Of a stretch of 64,000 nucleotides of DNA, positions 28,165-41,017 are shown piece after piece. The stretch is taken from the NCBI GenBank assembly GCA_964016885.1, contig OZ024742.1, forward strand, positions 58,342,001 through 58,406,000. Reading direction: 5' to 3'. Position 1 is the stretch's first letter. Every line of letters begins with the position of its first letter. Made by a program: the position numbers and the translations under genes. The notes below the pieces were generated by a model. It was not told the origin of the DNA. It searched no databases and saw only the letters and a list, made by a program, of their open reading frames with translations. The DNA is from Eledone cirrhosa. Lineage: Eukaryota.

Positions 28165-28780
28165 GCAGGTGGAAAAGTTCAAGTATCTCAGGGCTGTGAT
28201 CTGATGGAAAGCAGGAGGCTAAATTAAGTGCACGAATTGTAGGAGTTAGGGCAGTGATGTATCAGCTTCAGCATTCGGTCATCAGAAGAAGGGAGGTAAG
28301 TGTAAAAGCCAAACTTCAATTAAGTAGTCGTGCCAATCCTTAACTATGGTTATGAATCTTGGGTAATGACTGAAAGAATATGATCACAAATACAAGTGGC
28401 CGCAATGGGGTTCCTCCAAAATGTTTTGGAGTAATATTACTTGACAGAGTGCGTAGCTTGGAGATTGAAGAGTTGCTCCAGGTAGAGCCGCTGGTTCTCC
28501 AAATTGAGAAATCACAGCTCCAGTACTATGGATGTGTAATAAGAATGTCTCAGGAAAGGATCGCTGGACAGATTTTATGGGCAAAACCAACTGAAAGGAG
28601 ACCCAAGGGTAGACCATGAGCAAGCAGTTTGGATAATATCCATGAACTTGGCTGGTCTCGCTTGGGGATGCAGCAAAATCAATTGGAGATGGTTCAGGAC
28701 CTGCTGGAAGGAGTGTTTGAAGACTCTGCCCTCACGACCTTCTCATGACTAGGCGGGCAAAGATGAAGAAAGAAAGAAAG
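28165..28780 (+). mobile_element. Degenerate RTE LINE 3' fragment; a related piece lies at 52600-52815
   Basis: VEKFKYL, YGYESWV, IEKSQLQYYG.V.RM..R..RPKGRP. Confidence 0.75.
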
Positions 28781-29559
28781 CTTTCTATTGTTATTTGTGT
28801 ATGTAGTATATGCATAAGGCAGTGAATAGGCAGAGTCACTAACTCTATGTTCTGAGTTCAAATCTCACTAAGGTAAACTTTGCATTTCATTTTTTTGTCA
28901 TTGATAAATATATCCAGAATAGTGGATTGCTGTAACTTAGTGTCTGATTGAGTGCTCTGCAGTTTCAGTTTTTTTTTTTTTTGTTTTCTGATAACAGTGC
29001 TTGTCACAACATTTGTGTTAAACATATTAGCTTTTGCTTTTCCCTTAAAGACCACCAGTGACATGTGGAGATGGCTTAAGTAGCTCTTTGCTTTCTGATT
29101 ACAGTGCTTATGACAACATTTGTGATAAACTTTATCAGCTCTTGCCTTTCCCTTGGAAAATATTGGTGATGCTGGAGAGAGGGCTTAAGTAGCTCTTTGC
29201 TTTCTGATGACAATGTTTGTAAAAAAAATTGTGCTAAACTTCATCAGTCCTTGTCTTTCCTTTGGAAAACATTGGTGACATGCAGAACAGGCTTGGGCAA
29301 CCACTTCTTTTCTACCAACAAAATATCTTTGTCCAGGTCTACTCCTTAGAGAGGAACTTTCTAGGTGCAGATCCATGGTCTTATTTAAGGTTTTATATAC
29401 ACACATAGATGATAAATTGATAAATAAATTTGAAAATATGAATATTTGATTCCCACTTAGGTTGACTTTCAATCCTTGTCGATAGAATGAGTAATTTTCA
29501 TGATCCTTAAAAAAGTGTGTGTTGCTATTTCATTGTTGTCTACAGAAGTAGAATCTTTT

Positions 29560-30150
29560 CCATCCTGTTCTTATTCTAGCTATTTTGCAAACACAGCAAC
29601 TTCCTCCTCTGCTAATTAGATAACTTAGGTATCAGAAACAATCAACTATTTCTATGGTACCTTGCCAGGCTTCAAAGAGCTTATTTGATGCTCTTGGTAA
29701 TAACTACCCCTGTGTATCTGCCACAAATAAAGTCCGCCTTTTCTGTTCGCCTGCCTATGATCTTACTATATACCTTGTGCATCTAAAGTTTACACTGGAT
29801 GCACTCAGTATGGCTATAATAAAAGCATGATTTTGTCTTCTTTCCTACTTATTAAAACTTTGGTCTATGCTAAGTTTACTCTAAGGCCTTTGAGTTTTAA
29901 GTTTTGTGTTCACTTCTGGAATTTCTTCTGCTTTTAAACTCTTCTGTTATGGTCTAGAGAACTATAATAAACCTTTTTCACTAAACTTATTTCTTACTCT
30001 CACTTTGCAGACAACACTTTTCTATATGGCTCGCATTGCTTTCCCAAGCCATTTTTCTGCATCTAGTTTTCTTAAGGACCATCTGATAACAGACTGTGGT
30101 ACTCTCTCAAAAGCTTTCTACAGATCAACAAAAGCTCATAAGTTTCTTGC
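29560..30150 (-). mobile_element. Degenerate RTE reverse transcriptase fragment
   Basis: Minus strand FVDL*KAFERVPQSVIRWSLRKL. Confidence 0.7.
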
Positions 30151-32429
30151 AAAAAAAACAAAAAAACAAACTATCTTATCTCATTTCCTTATTAGTTCTG
30201 CTAAAACTCTTTTTACTACTTTCTTAACTTGATCCATCAGTTTAATGTTTCTGTGGCTACTCCTTTCTAGAGCATCACTTTATACTGCTATGCTAGTCAT
30301 TAAATTTAACATTATCATTTGCTTTGCTGGTTGGCAATGTGAATAACTAGCTGGAGTTCCACTTCACCAGCCTCTCAGTAACTACCTCTTATGTCAACTT
30401 AGCTCTTCCCTCTATTCAGTCTATTCATTCTCCACAGTCAGCAACCTCTTATAGTTACTCTTTTAACCCTCTTTAACCAAATTTTAATCATTTTTATTAA
30501 TCAGAAATGAAAACTAAAACAATATCAAATACCACTTATGTATTTAAGTGTGAACTTCCCTCCATTTGAAGGTGTAATAATTGAATAAAAGAGGTCAGTG
30601 ATATGGTTTGATATGGGGATAAAGATTTACTTCCCTTGCATCGTGTAAATGTTTTACAATTTTAACGCTTTTGTAGCCACATTTCTAATGAAAGATACTG
30701 CCTATGATTGTCAAATAATTTTGAAAGCTAAAAAAATTAGAGAAATTTAATAATATAACTCATTATTAAGCTGTTGTTAGGAGTATAAATTAAAGATTTT
30801 TACATAAAATTATGATGGAAGATTCTTAGTTAAATATAAACACTTTAAAACAGTTTTGTGTCATAGAACCATGGGTGGTTTCAGGCAGTTTAGTATCAAA
30901 AGGGATACAGGATTAAACACAGTTTCTTTAGAGCATTGAGTATAGCTTCAATCAGCTTTAATATATTTCTGGGTCTTATTGGGGCCCAGAAAGAGATTAT
31001 GAACCAATGAGGGGAGGTCCATTTATGTTGTCGCTTGATCTTCTTCAAATAACAGGTAAACCTCTTACAAATAAATTACACCCTACCTACTCCTTCTTGA
31101 GAAGTAATGGATACATTGGATAATTTAGTAGTGGTACATACATATCCAAAGCTCAAAAGAAGGATGGGCTGGATATGGCTGGAATGCCTTTGGTCATCAT
31201 ATGTTTGCTCATCCAGAGCTGGCCTTGGGTTAAATGATAGCAACAACCTCATTGTTATATGAGTGTTTATAGAGACAGAATAATGTATAGGATTGACAGT
31301 TCATGGTTACTCAGTTCAAATGGATTGTAAGTGTTTTGGTGTGTTTCAAGACAAGACACTTTATTCCACATGCCACATTTTATTTGAAGAAAGAGAATAC
31401 TTAGTAAAACCTCTGAGAAACATTTTTAATTTTAAGATTAACATTTTTAATGTTTATTTTTTAACCTACTTTTATATTTCCCTGAAACATTAAACTCCAT
31501 CTTACAATGAAGGTGCCTCTATTTGGTAATTTGATTTGCTAGAAAAATGGTAGCTGGTTTGTGGCTTCAGTTTACAATAAATCTCTGTGCTACCTATCAC
31601 AGAAGGAAATAAAAAATGGAAACATACAAGATTGAGAATGCAAATAATCCTGAGGTAAAATACATAATTTCTCAAAAAGATTAAAGTTGAAAAATTTGAA
31701 ATCTTTAAAAAGGAAACAAGTCTACACCATAATCAAATTCATACAATCAAGGAAAAAAACAGACGTTAAAAACAATGATGATGATGATGATGAATTACCT
31801 TGATATAGATCTGAGTGAAGCTAGATTCACCAGTTTTTCAGTTTAACAATCCACGCAACCCATGCCAGTAAGGAAGGTACAGAACCCAGTATCAAATACT
31901 GGTCTTGTTTTTAAGGATATGTCAGTTGTGCTTCGGAATGGATGATCCTGATTATCATCTTTACTAATATACAATGTGAGAAATATAAATCAGGGTCAAA
32001 ATTGTGGGAAAGCACTATAGTCAAACAACTCCTCCCAAACACATACACACACACATAGAATAAACAACAAAACACTGAATGCAGTTGACCCAAGACATTT
32101 AACATAACTAATGTATCCATTACGTTGCCTGTAATTATAAAACATTGTATACATAGTGAATACAATACAAAGTGTTAATTTTGCTATCATGCTGGAGGCG
32201 TGTGGTTATACATGCTTTTGTTTAAAGGTGATTATTTAATTTATAATGTTAACAGCTCGAAATGTGGAAGTTGCATTACTAATTGTCAAGACAGGTGGCT
32301 TAGTGGTTAAGGCAGAGGTTCTCAAACTCTTTGGGCAACCGACTCCCTCACGGCCTCGTAAAACCCTCAGCACCCCCAAACTTATTTCTAGAGAAACCTG
32401 CCTACATGCAAATTGTAAATAATATCATC

Positions 32430-33278
32430 ACCTTTTTACGGCCATGCTTCCATGCTAATATGGGTTAGACGGGGTGTCCTGTTATTGGCAATGCCAGGTC
32501 AAGTGACCCTGTCTTGCTCATACAGAACTGATTTTGGCTTGATTTCTACAGCTGGATGCCGTTCCTAACACCAACCCCATTTACAGTGAGTACTGGGTGC
32601 TTCTTTACTGTGGCACCTACATGAGCACTTTATAGTGTGGACTGGGTGCTTTTTTGTTGTGACACCTACACAACCACTTTACAGTGGGAGGGAGGCCGGG
32701 GCATATTGTCTATATGCTTCAGCTTCGGCTTGTACCCGTAGGAAGTCAGGTCTTCTGTATTACTAAGTAATGCCACATTTATATATATATATATATCATC
32801 ATCATCATCATCATCTTTTTATGTCTGCTTTTCTCTGCTTGTCAGGGTGGGACGGATCCTATTCAGCACAGCATCTCTCCATTTGTCACGGTCCTTCGTC
32901 ATCTCCTTGGTGAGCTTCAGCAATCTGAGGTCTGCTCTCACCACCTCCGCCCATGTTTTTCATGGTCTTCCTCTACTGCGTCTTCCTTCTACTGGCATTT
33001 CTTGGGACTTCTTTACCCAGCGGTCATCCTCCATGCGCATCACATGTCTATACCATCGCAGTCCTCTCTCCCGCACACTACAATTATCCCTCTTAAATAC
33101 AGTTTCTCTCTCAACACATCCATGCTCGGTCGTTCACGTACATTGACATTGCACATCCATCAGAGCATGCTTGCTTCATTTCTCTCCAGCCGTCGCATAT
33201 CCTCTGCAGTTGCTGCCCATGTCTCACTACCGTGCAGCATCGCGCACCTCACACAGGCATCATATAACCGGCCTTACT
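32430..33278 (-). mobile_element. RTE LINE 3' fragments and 3' UTR with (GAT)n tails
   Basis: Minus strand LYDACVRCAMLHGSETW..RRLERNEASML; homologous to 43610-44430. Confidence 0.8.
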
Positions 33279-34799
33279 AGTTAATTCATATATATATATA
33301 TATGAATTAACTAGTAACATAACATTAGTATGTCCAAATGTGGTTGATGTTAGGAAGGGCATCCATCTGTAAAAACCTGGCCAAATTTACAGTCCTGTCA
33401 GAGCAAGGTACGGTGCGGTCAATCCTGGCCAGACTTGTCTCTTGACACGGTCGACCCATCTGACCCTAATTAAAGGTGTTCAGTAAGGATCTAAGAGTTG
33501 GGAGTTCGATCCCTGGTAGTGCATTGTGTCCTTGAGCAAGAAACTCACATGAGTAAATATCGTGATGCTACTTCACATAGGATAATTTTAAGATAAAACT
33601 AAAATTTATGTTTTTTCCATTACATGTAGATTCAATTCTGTAATAATTGAAAAAACAAAGCTAAGCAAACTATTTTTTCTGAAATGAACTCACTGAGACA
33701 ATTTTATAATTATTTGATTAATAGGAAGGTAATGATGGTTTCTGATTTAGGCACAAGGCCAACAATTTTAGGGGAGGTGAAGTTGATAAAATCAACCCCA
33801 GTGCATTATTGGTGTTTTATTTTATTGACCCTATAAGGATGTAAGGCAAATCTAACCTTGGCAGGATTTGAACTCAGAACATAAAGAGATATAACTATAT
33901 GCTGCAAAGCATGTTGTCCAATGCTCTCCGATACTACCAATCCACAGCCCTGGGAAGGTAATAATTGTTTCTACTTTTGGCACAAGGCCAGCAATTACCC
34001 AGTGCATTACTGGTACTTTATTTTACTTTATGGCAAGGGTTGTAACTCGATGCGCCAAAGCATGGCCTCCAACCCTCTACTGATACTGCCAAATGCCCAT
34101 GCTTATCACAAGGGAATTAGCAAACTAAGTGACATAAGACTGGCATTTTAAATTGGTTCGGAAGCATCTAATCTATTGTAGCCACCAAATACAATCATGC
34201 ACCAAGAATGAAATAAGAGTAGCTGTCATGCTAGAAATAGCAAACAAACCTTCCTCAAATTATATGCTACCATCTTACAAAAAAAAAACTGATATTAGAT
34301 GACATTGACTTGAGTGCAGTGTTTTTTTTTTGTGGTGGTGGTGGGGAGACAAGATATTCATGGTTAAAATATCTTTGATCATATATCTGTTGGATTAAGG
34401 CTGATCTGGGGCTAAACAAAAGCAACAGTAATGGCAGCAGCATTGACAACAATAATAACAACAGTATTACATGCACACATACACACATACACACTCACAG
34501 ACACACAGACAGACACATATACACATATACACACTCACAGACACAGACACACACAGACAGAGACACACACAGACACAGACACACACAGACACACACTATT
34601 TGCCAATAGTTTTAATTTGATAGCCTTTCTTCTGAAGAAATTCTGACAGTAAAATCTCAGATGGAGATGTCTTTTAATACAGATGAGGGCGTATAGGTTG
34701 ACATACTGAAAGTAGATATTGAATAGTTCTCTCTAACAGTATCTACTGTAAAGATTATTTCATAGTACTTCACTGTATAGTACTAAGTAAAAATACCAA

Positions 34800-34995
34800 A
34801 TAATGTTTCTACTTTTGGCACAAGGCCAGCAATTACCCCCCCCCCCCGTACATTACTGGTACTTTATTTTATCGACCCCGTAAGGATGAAAGACAAAGTT
34901 AACCTCGGCGGGATTTGAGCTCAGAACGTAAAGGGTCGTAACTATGCTACAAAGCATGGTGTCTGATGCTCTACCGATACTGCCAAATCACCCCC
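34800..34995 (-). mobile_element. tRNA-derived SINE with Meta-like core; other copies near 21.3, 24.5, 28.8, 33.7-34.1, 35.2, 35.5, 44.8 and 52.9 kb
   Basis: Family core GAGTTCAAATCCCGCCGAGGTTAACTTTGCCTTTCATCCTTACGGGGTCGATAAAATAAAGTACCAG and (ATT)n tail. Confidence 0.8.
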
Positions 34996-37037
34996 CTAAT
35001 AATATGAGCAAGCTGTGTATTGGCAGAATTGAATCTGTTACTAATAGGGAGACATGAGCTAGGTAGTTCTAGCTGAGAGAAATTACGAAGAAACACAACC
35101 AAATTCACATTAGTATGTCACAAATATTGTCAGGTTTCAAAATTGTTATAATGTTGGGGTTGATATACAATGGGTTCTGATATAGGTACATGGCCAACAA
35201 ATATGGTGGGAGAGGAAAGTCGATTAAATTGACACCAGTGTATTACTAACACTTTATTTTATCAACCCTGTAAGAGTGATAGGCAAAGCTAAACTTGGCA
35301 GGATTTGAACCCAGATCAAATTTGCCAACACTACACCTGATATCCCCCTCCATACACACATACACACATACATCATGACTCATACACTGTTTACTATCCT
35401 GACATTTGTGCATTATTCTATGTACTATACATGCATCTTTGATGAGTTGTAGTGCACCTGAGCACTGTACACAATAATTTCATTATTATGATTATATGTG
35501 GATTGGCAGTATCAGTAGAGGGTCAGATGCCATGCTTGCAGCAAAGAGTTATGGCCCTTTGTGGTCTGAGTTCAAATCCCTCCGAGGTTAACTTTGCCTT
35601 TCATCTTTACGGGGTCGATAAAATAAAGCATCAGTAATACACTGGGATAATTGCTGGCCTTGTGCCAAAAGTAGAAACAATTATTATTATACTGTCCAGC
35701 GCTCTACTGATACAACCAATCCACTACCCTAACGGGTTGATATATAATACTTCTTTGTTCTACTTAATTTCCATTTGATACTGTGTTATACATTGGGCTC
35801 TTCCTGGATAGTCTCCCTTGCCTGTGAGTTTTTGCATAAGATGAGGTTGCTAGCCACTTACCCAACTCTTCTCTATTTCTGGAGAAAGAGATTCTGTGAT
35901 AGCATTTTATATAGAAGTTCTGTTTTTGCACTTAATTTTAGTTCCAAATTTCTTGTGTTATACACAAGAAAGTATTGTTTCTCTGACCATATTGCAGTTT
36001 TGGTGGTTTTATTCATGCCAGTCACCAATAGGGTAATTTTTCAAACCTTCCAAGACTAGGCTTATTTAGAGACGGCCTTTACACACCTCGTCATAGCTAT
36101 AACACTGGGTTGTGAAAGTTATCTTGGGAGCTACAGGTGTCACCCATAGTAGTTTACTGCTGTTGATTTAGAGTTGCTTATTCATCCGGCTGCTGGCAAC
36201 TAATCACCATATCTGGTGATATCCGCCACCTACAACCCATTCTCTGGCAGAAAGAAAGTATGGTAGTATTTAAAATCTCTTCTCACACACTTACCTCCCA
36301 AAACCACTTTTGATTAATTATTTTACCTTCATTCAGCTATATATTGCAGCCAATAGCTTGCTGATACGCTGTATCTCCTATTTACCTTTCTTACAGCTAC
36401 TATATAGATTTTTGCAAATAATACATTTATGGGGATGCTCATTTGCATACAATGCAAGCTTTATGGGTTGGTTTTAATTAAATAGCAGTACCACTAACAC
36501 AACATCATTTTCAATGGAGGTATATATATATATATAATCATCATGATCATGATCATTTAACATCTATTTTTCCATGCTTGCATAGGCTAGACTATACAAA
36601 TAATAATAAGTTGATGGGACTAGCATAAGGTTTCCCTGCTAGTACTAGCATAAGGTTTCTCAGCATACTCAATGAGTAAGGTTATGTAAAATCCCCTCCC
36701 TCCATATATATTTATATATATATATATATACACACATATATTTATATATATATATAAATATGTGAGTCCCAGGCTCAACTGGGGGTAACCACAGTAAGTG
36801 AGGTACTCAATACATTAATAGAGTGTAAACAAATTTAACATAGAAATGGCTTCTACAGGACTAAAACTGTTTTATTCGAAGAAATGAAAAGCCCTGATGA
36901 TTTCCTTTGAATGAAACAGTTCTAGTCCTGTAGAAGCCATTCCTATATTCAATTATATATATATATATATATAAATGTTAGGTTATATTAGAGTTTACCA
37001 AAAATAATGTTGTAAATCTTAACTGGTTATTCATTGT

Positions 37038-37087
<50 letters not shown>

Positions 37088-37145
37088 GTGAGGTTTTTTT
37101 TACAAAATGAAAAATAACCAAGGTGTCCTACACGAGTGAAAGTAT

Positions 37146-37440
37146 AAAGAAAAAGAGATGAAATCGAAAATGCAACTGGAGTCTTATTTTTAAAAAAAAA
37201 TATATATATTTATTTGGTTCCTTTACCGGTTTCGCAGTTCTTCTGCTTTTCAAAAGTTGAGTTGAGATGGAGGGTCTGTGGTTTTTCTCACATCTGATGT
37301 GAGAAAAACCACAGATCCTCCATCTCAACTCTACTTTTGAAAGGCAGAAGAACTGCGAAACCGGTAAAGGAACCAAATAAATATATATATTTAAAAAAAA
37401 AAATAAGACTCCAGTTGCATTTTCGATTTCATCTCTTTTT

Positions 37441-37445
<5 letters not shown>
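37146..37445. repeat. ~300-bp near-perfect palindrome
   Basis: Arms are reverse-complementary around CACATC-T-GATGTG (~37295). Confidence 0.9.
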
Positions 37446-37499
<54 letters not shown>

Positions 37500-37984
37500 C
37501 ATATATACATATACACACACATACATACACACAAACATATACATATAATATATATATATATAAACACATATATGGACGTATATACGCTCGCACACTTTCA
37601 TTAAATCATATTTTATTAAGCTGGATGTCAGATAAATCAAACGAAATCTAAGTTAATAGACTGTTGACTTCCACCACCATCTTTAAGTATTAGAGGTGTA
37701 TGGGGATATAGTGAAGGTAAGTGAATGTTGTATACCCATCAAACATGGTAAATTCATCAGATTAAACTCACACTAGAATATATTCATGGCTTATAATATC
37801 CCCTGTTATGAGTTATTATGGCAGTGTATACCTAATAGTTAGCTTTATCATGATATGTGCTGGGTACAGGGCTGGATTTAGACTGGTGCAGGCCCGAGAC
37901 ATTTCAGGTTTGGGAGGCCCCTCATGCGCAAAAAATCAGAATACACAGCAAACCCCAATTTTACATATCAAATATCCATATGAT

Positions 37985-38940
37985 TGCAACCAGGGTAGTT
38001 AGGCGGCCAAATGTTAGGGCTGGTGAAATAATAAGAAATTCTTTGACAACCACTTTTGAATCTTCCCAGAGGTGTGGAAGGGAGCTGAATCTTGCTGCCA
38101 CACATATTGTCTTCCAGAAGCCACCTTCTCCAACCAAGGCTTAACCATGGTAATCAGCAACTCCACATAGTCTGCTGGATTGAGCTTAAGACTCTGTACA
38201 AAGATGTGAGGTGGCATGATATCACCCTCATTAGAGACACATCCAAAAACCATTATAGTTTGGGGAAACTTGGTCTTCATGACATAAGGAACATCATATG
38301 GATTATAGGCAAGTCATCTGTTGTCCTGGGTGTTGTGCACCTGCTCCTCACAATAATTCTTTTCATCAAAGAAGAACCAGATTGTCCCTGGTTCAATTTA
38401 TTCAGGAGTTTCTTTGGCTTGTCAGACGGTTTTCTTAAGCCTTTTCTGTAAGAAGTTGGCTCTTATGCCTCTTGTATGAGTGGTAGCAGAGGTCCTCATT
38501 GAAGGCCAGCTTCATCGTGGAAGCTGCAAGCTTATTTACCATGCTAAAGCTTGCATTCCCTTGCCTAGGTGTTTCATCACTTTGTCCTGCAGTTGTTGGA
38601 TAAATTCTGGTGTATGGCAGCAATCAGAATGTCTGCTGTGTTCTTTCCTACAAGCTATGACCTCGTAGACTCTGTTGCAGCTCTTCATTTCATGTCTTAT
38701 TACTTTCACAGTGTTCAAAGATTGTGGAATTTTGATACCTGGCACGAATCATCATGATGCAGGTTACCCAATATTTAGGTGCTTTCCTCTTGTCCATTTC
38801 AGTTAACGTTGACATCTTTAAAACTGTAGTGATTAGGTTCCATAATGCTGTTCACATTTCACAGATAGAAGGGAATATCTGAAAAAAAAAGAAAAAAATT
38901 AGAAAATTAGACTCTACCAAATTTATCCTGAACACCCTGT
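37985..38940 (-). mobile_element. Degenerate Tc1/mariner (maT/DD37D-like) transposon
   Basis: KFPQTIMVFGCVSNEG..MPPHIF..YVWQQDSAPFHTS; ACAGGGTGTTC terminus at ~38940. Confidence 0.8.
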
Positions 38941-39065
38941 TGTCCATTTTTCCACACTAGCATGAGTTAGACGAGTTGTAAGACAAATCAGCTCTTGCTC
39001 ATACAGAACTGTTTCTTGCGTGGTTTCTACAGTTGGATGCTCTTCTTAATGCCAACCACATTTAC

Positions 39066-39099
<34 letters not shown>

Positions 39100-39431
39100 A
39101 AACATGAGAAGAAAGAAGAATACTGCGTTGTTTGCACATGGGTTACATATGATAAAAATAGTCCTTCGTCAGTGATTTTTCCAACCATCATTGGTATTTC
39201 ATCGCATTAAAAATCAGATACCTCAGGTTGGTGCGAGCAATAACTAAAAAAAGTTATTGGGACCAGAATTCGCGTAAGGCGAGGGGGACAAGTAAACAAC
39301 ATAGAAGGATATATATATATATTTATATCACATTCTTTCTAACTTGACCACTGCCACGTCACGATTCTTAGCCATTTTTTTAATCTATTTCTGGCGGGAT
39401 CGCTTTGGAAAATTAATTGTCCTATTGAGTT

Positions 39432-39510
39432 TGTCTCCTGATGAGTTCGATACTCGAGATTTATCCTTAATAGGATATCTCAAAATACGAATGAAACCAT
39501 GGTAGAGATA
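39432..39510 (+). ncRNA. Type I hammerhead ribozyme motif
   Basis: TGTCTC-CTGATGA-GTTCG..CGAAT-GAAA-CCATGG-TA-GAGATA. Confidence 0.8.
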
Positions 39511-39789
39511 TAATTACGGTATGTGCACATTTCTTCTAACTTTAAATTTATACCTAATTGTGTATGGTTGACGATATATTTGGTCAGTTTCTACATGCTG
39601 TTGAAATGTTGGGTAAATACTCTATTGGGGTCACCGCGAAGAGGCCGCTTTCGGTTATTTATCAAATATTTCTTCCTAGGAGCCTTTATTCTTATAGCCT
39701 GGTCTAATTGATTTTTTATATGGTTAATTATGCTAATTGGGAGAGGAAATTGTATATATTTTATCTAATAATTCTAAGGACATTGTTTA

Positions 39790-39845
<56 letters not shown>

Positions 39846-40242
39846 TAAAATAACAGATTAAAGTTTAAGCAAAGAATCGCTGCTTTCACCCTTAACGGGA
39901 TCTTCTGAAACTAACAAAGTCAATCTGTAAACGCAGAAGTGGATATTTCAAAAAACGTTCCAACCGGAGGAAGACAGGAAGACTTCTCTGGCAATGAACG
40001 AAAAAAAAACGAAGATAATACGTCATATGTGGAGCGTGGAGAACAATGGCACGCAAAGACAAAACCATGTAAATGGTATAGCAGAAGTCGTAGACTAAAA
40101 TTCCAAGTAGGAGACCAAATGAATCTCCGCTTCAGAGTTAAGAATAAAGTAAATAAATACAAATATATATATATATACATATATAAATATGTATATACAT
40201 GTATACATATGTATGTGTATGTATATGCATGTGTATATGCCT

Positions 40243-40425
40243 GGGGTATCAGGGAGAGGCATGTACCTCTGTAAGGAGGGCTAGCCATGCCCTTTTCAGG
40301 ACAGCTCGTTCTGCATTGGGTCCCACCTGACACTCAGCTGTCACCTGTAGCCCAAAGAAGCTGTATCATGTGACAGCAGCCACACCCCGGTAAACTGTCT
40401 TGGCTGGCAGGCCGAACCAGGTTGA
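40243..40425 (+). ncRNA. Putative HDV-like ribozyme at LINE 5' end
   Basis: P1 GGGGT/ACCCC, P2 TCACCTG/CAGGTTGA, P3 TAGC/GCCA (1 mismatch), P1.1 CC/GG, P4 CTGTC/GGCAG, J4/2 GCCGAAC. Confidence 0.55.
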
Positions 40426-40968
40426 GGGTAGCCGGACGGGTCTGAAACCCCCTGGTGAGTTAGATAGGGGGTGCCTGCCCCTGCCCTGCATGCGAAGACT
40501 GGACCCGGCGGAGTGAGTGAAGGAGAACAACATCGTCCCAACGATCACAAAGGTGGCGACAGCAAGCGGTGTGGAGCGCTAGGGCACAGCAAGGCACTAC
40601 AGACGTTGTGGCCATCCACTGCAGCCAAGGAAGTCCCTGGTCGTGACGGTCCTCCGTACCACCGAATTCTGGCTTCTGCGGCCGAGTGAGTGGGACCGTG
40701 ACTGTGCACTGGCCCTCCCCCCACTATAAACCTTTCCCGCACAGGTTTCTTCTTTAGCGTGCACTCCCAAAGCCCTGCGGTGATGGGCGAGAGGTAGAGG
40801 TAACAGGTGTCCCCGGACCTGCAAGTCAAGGATAGGGCTCCACAGCCACCTTCGCACCCACGGCTGACGGGAACAACAATAAAGAAGATGTCATCATCGT
40901 TTACGATGGACAACCAAAAGATATTCATATATATATATATACACATATACATACATGTATATATATAT

Positions 40969-41013
<45 letters not shown>

Positions 41014-41017
41014 CATC

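Noticed and set aside
31540-31660. Possible exon ending CCTGAG|GTAAAA
   Set aside because: Short, no recognisable homology or partner exons
39120-39180. CTGACGA on the minus strand as a hammerhead
   Set aside because: No matching stem II/GAAA half found
40341-40976. GC-rich ORFs as a LINE ORF1 or host gene
   Set aside because: They lie in the RTE 5' UTR on both strands without domain motifs; RTE elements usually have a single ORF
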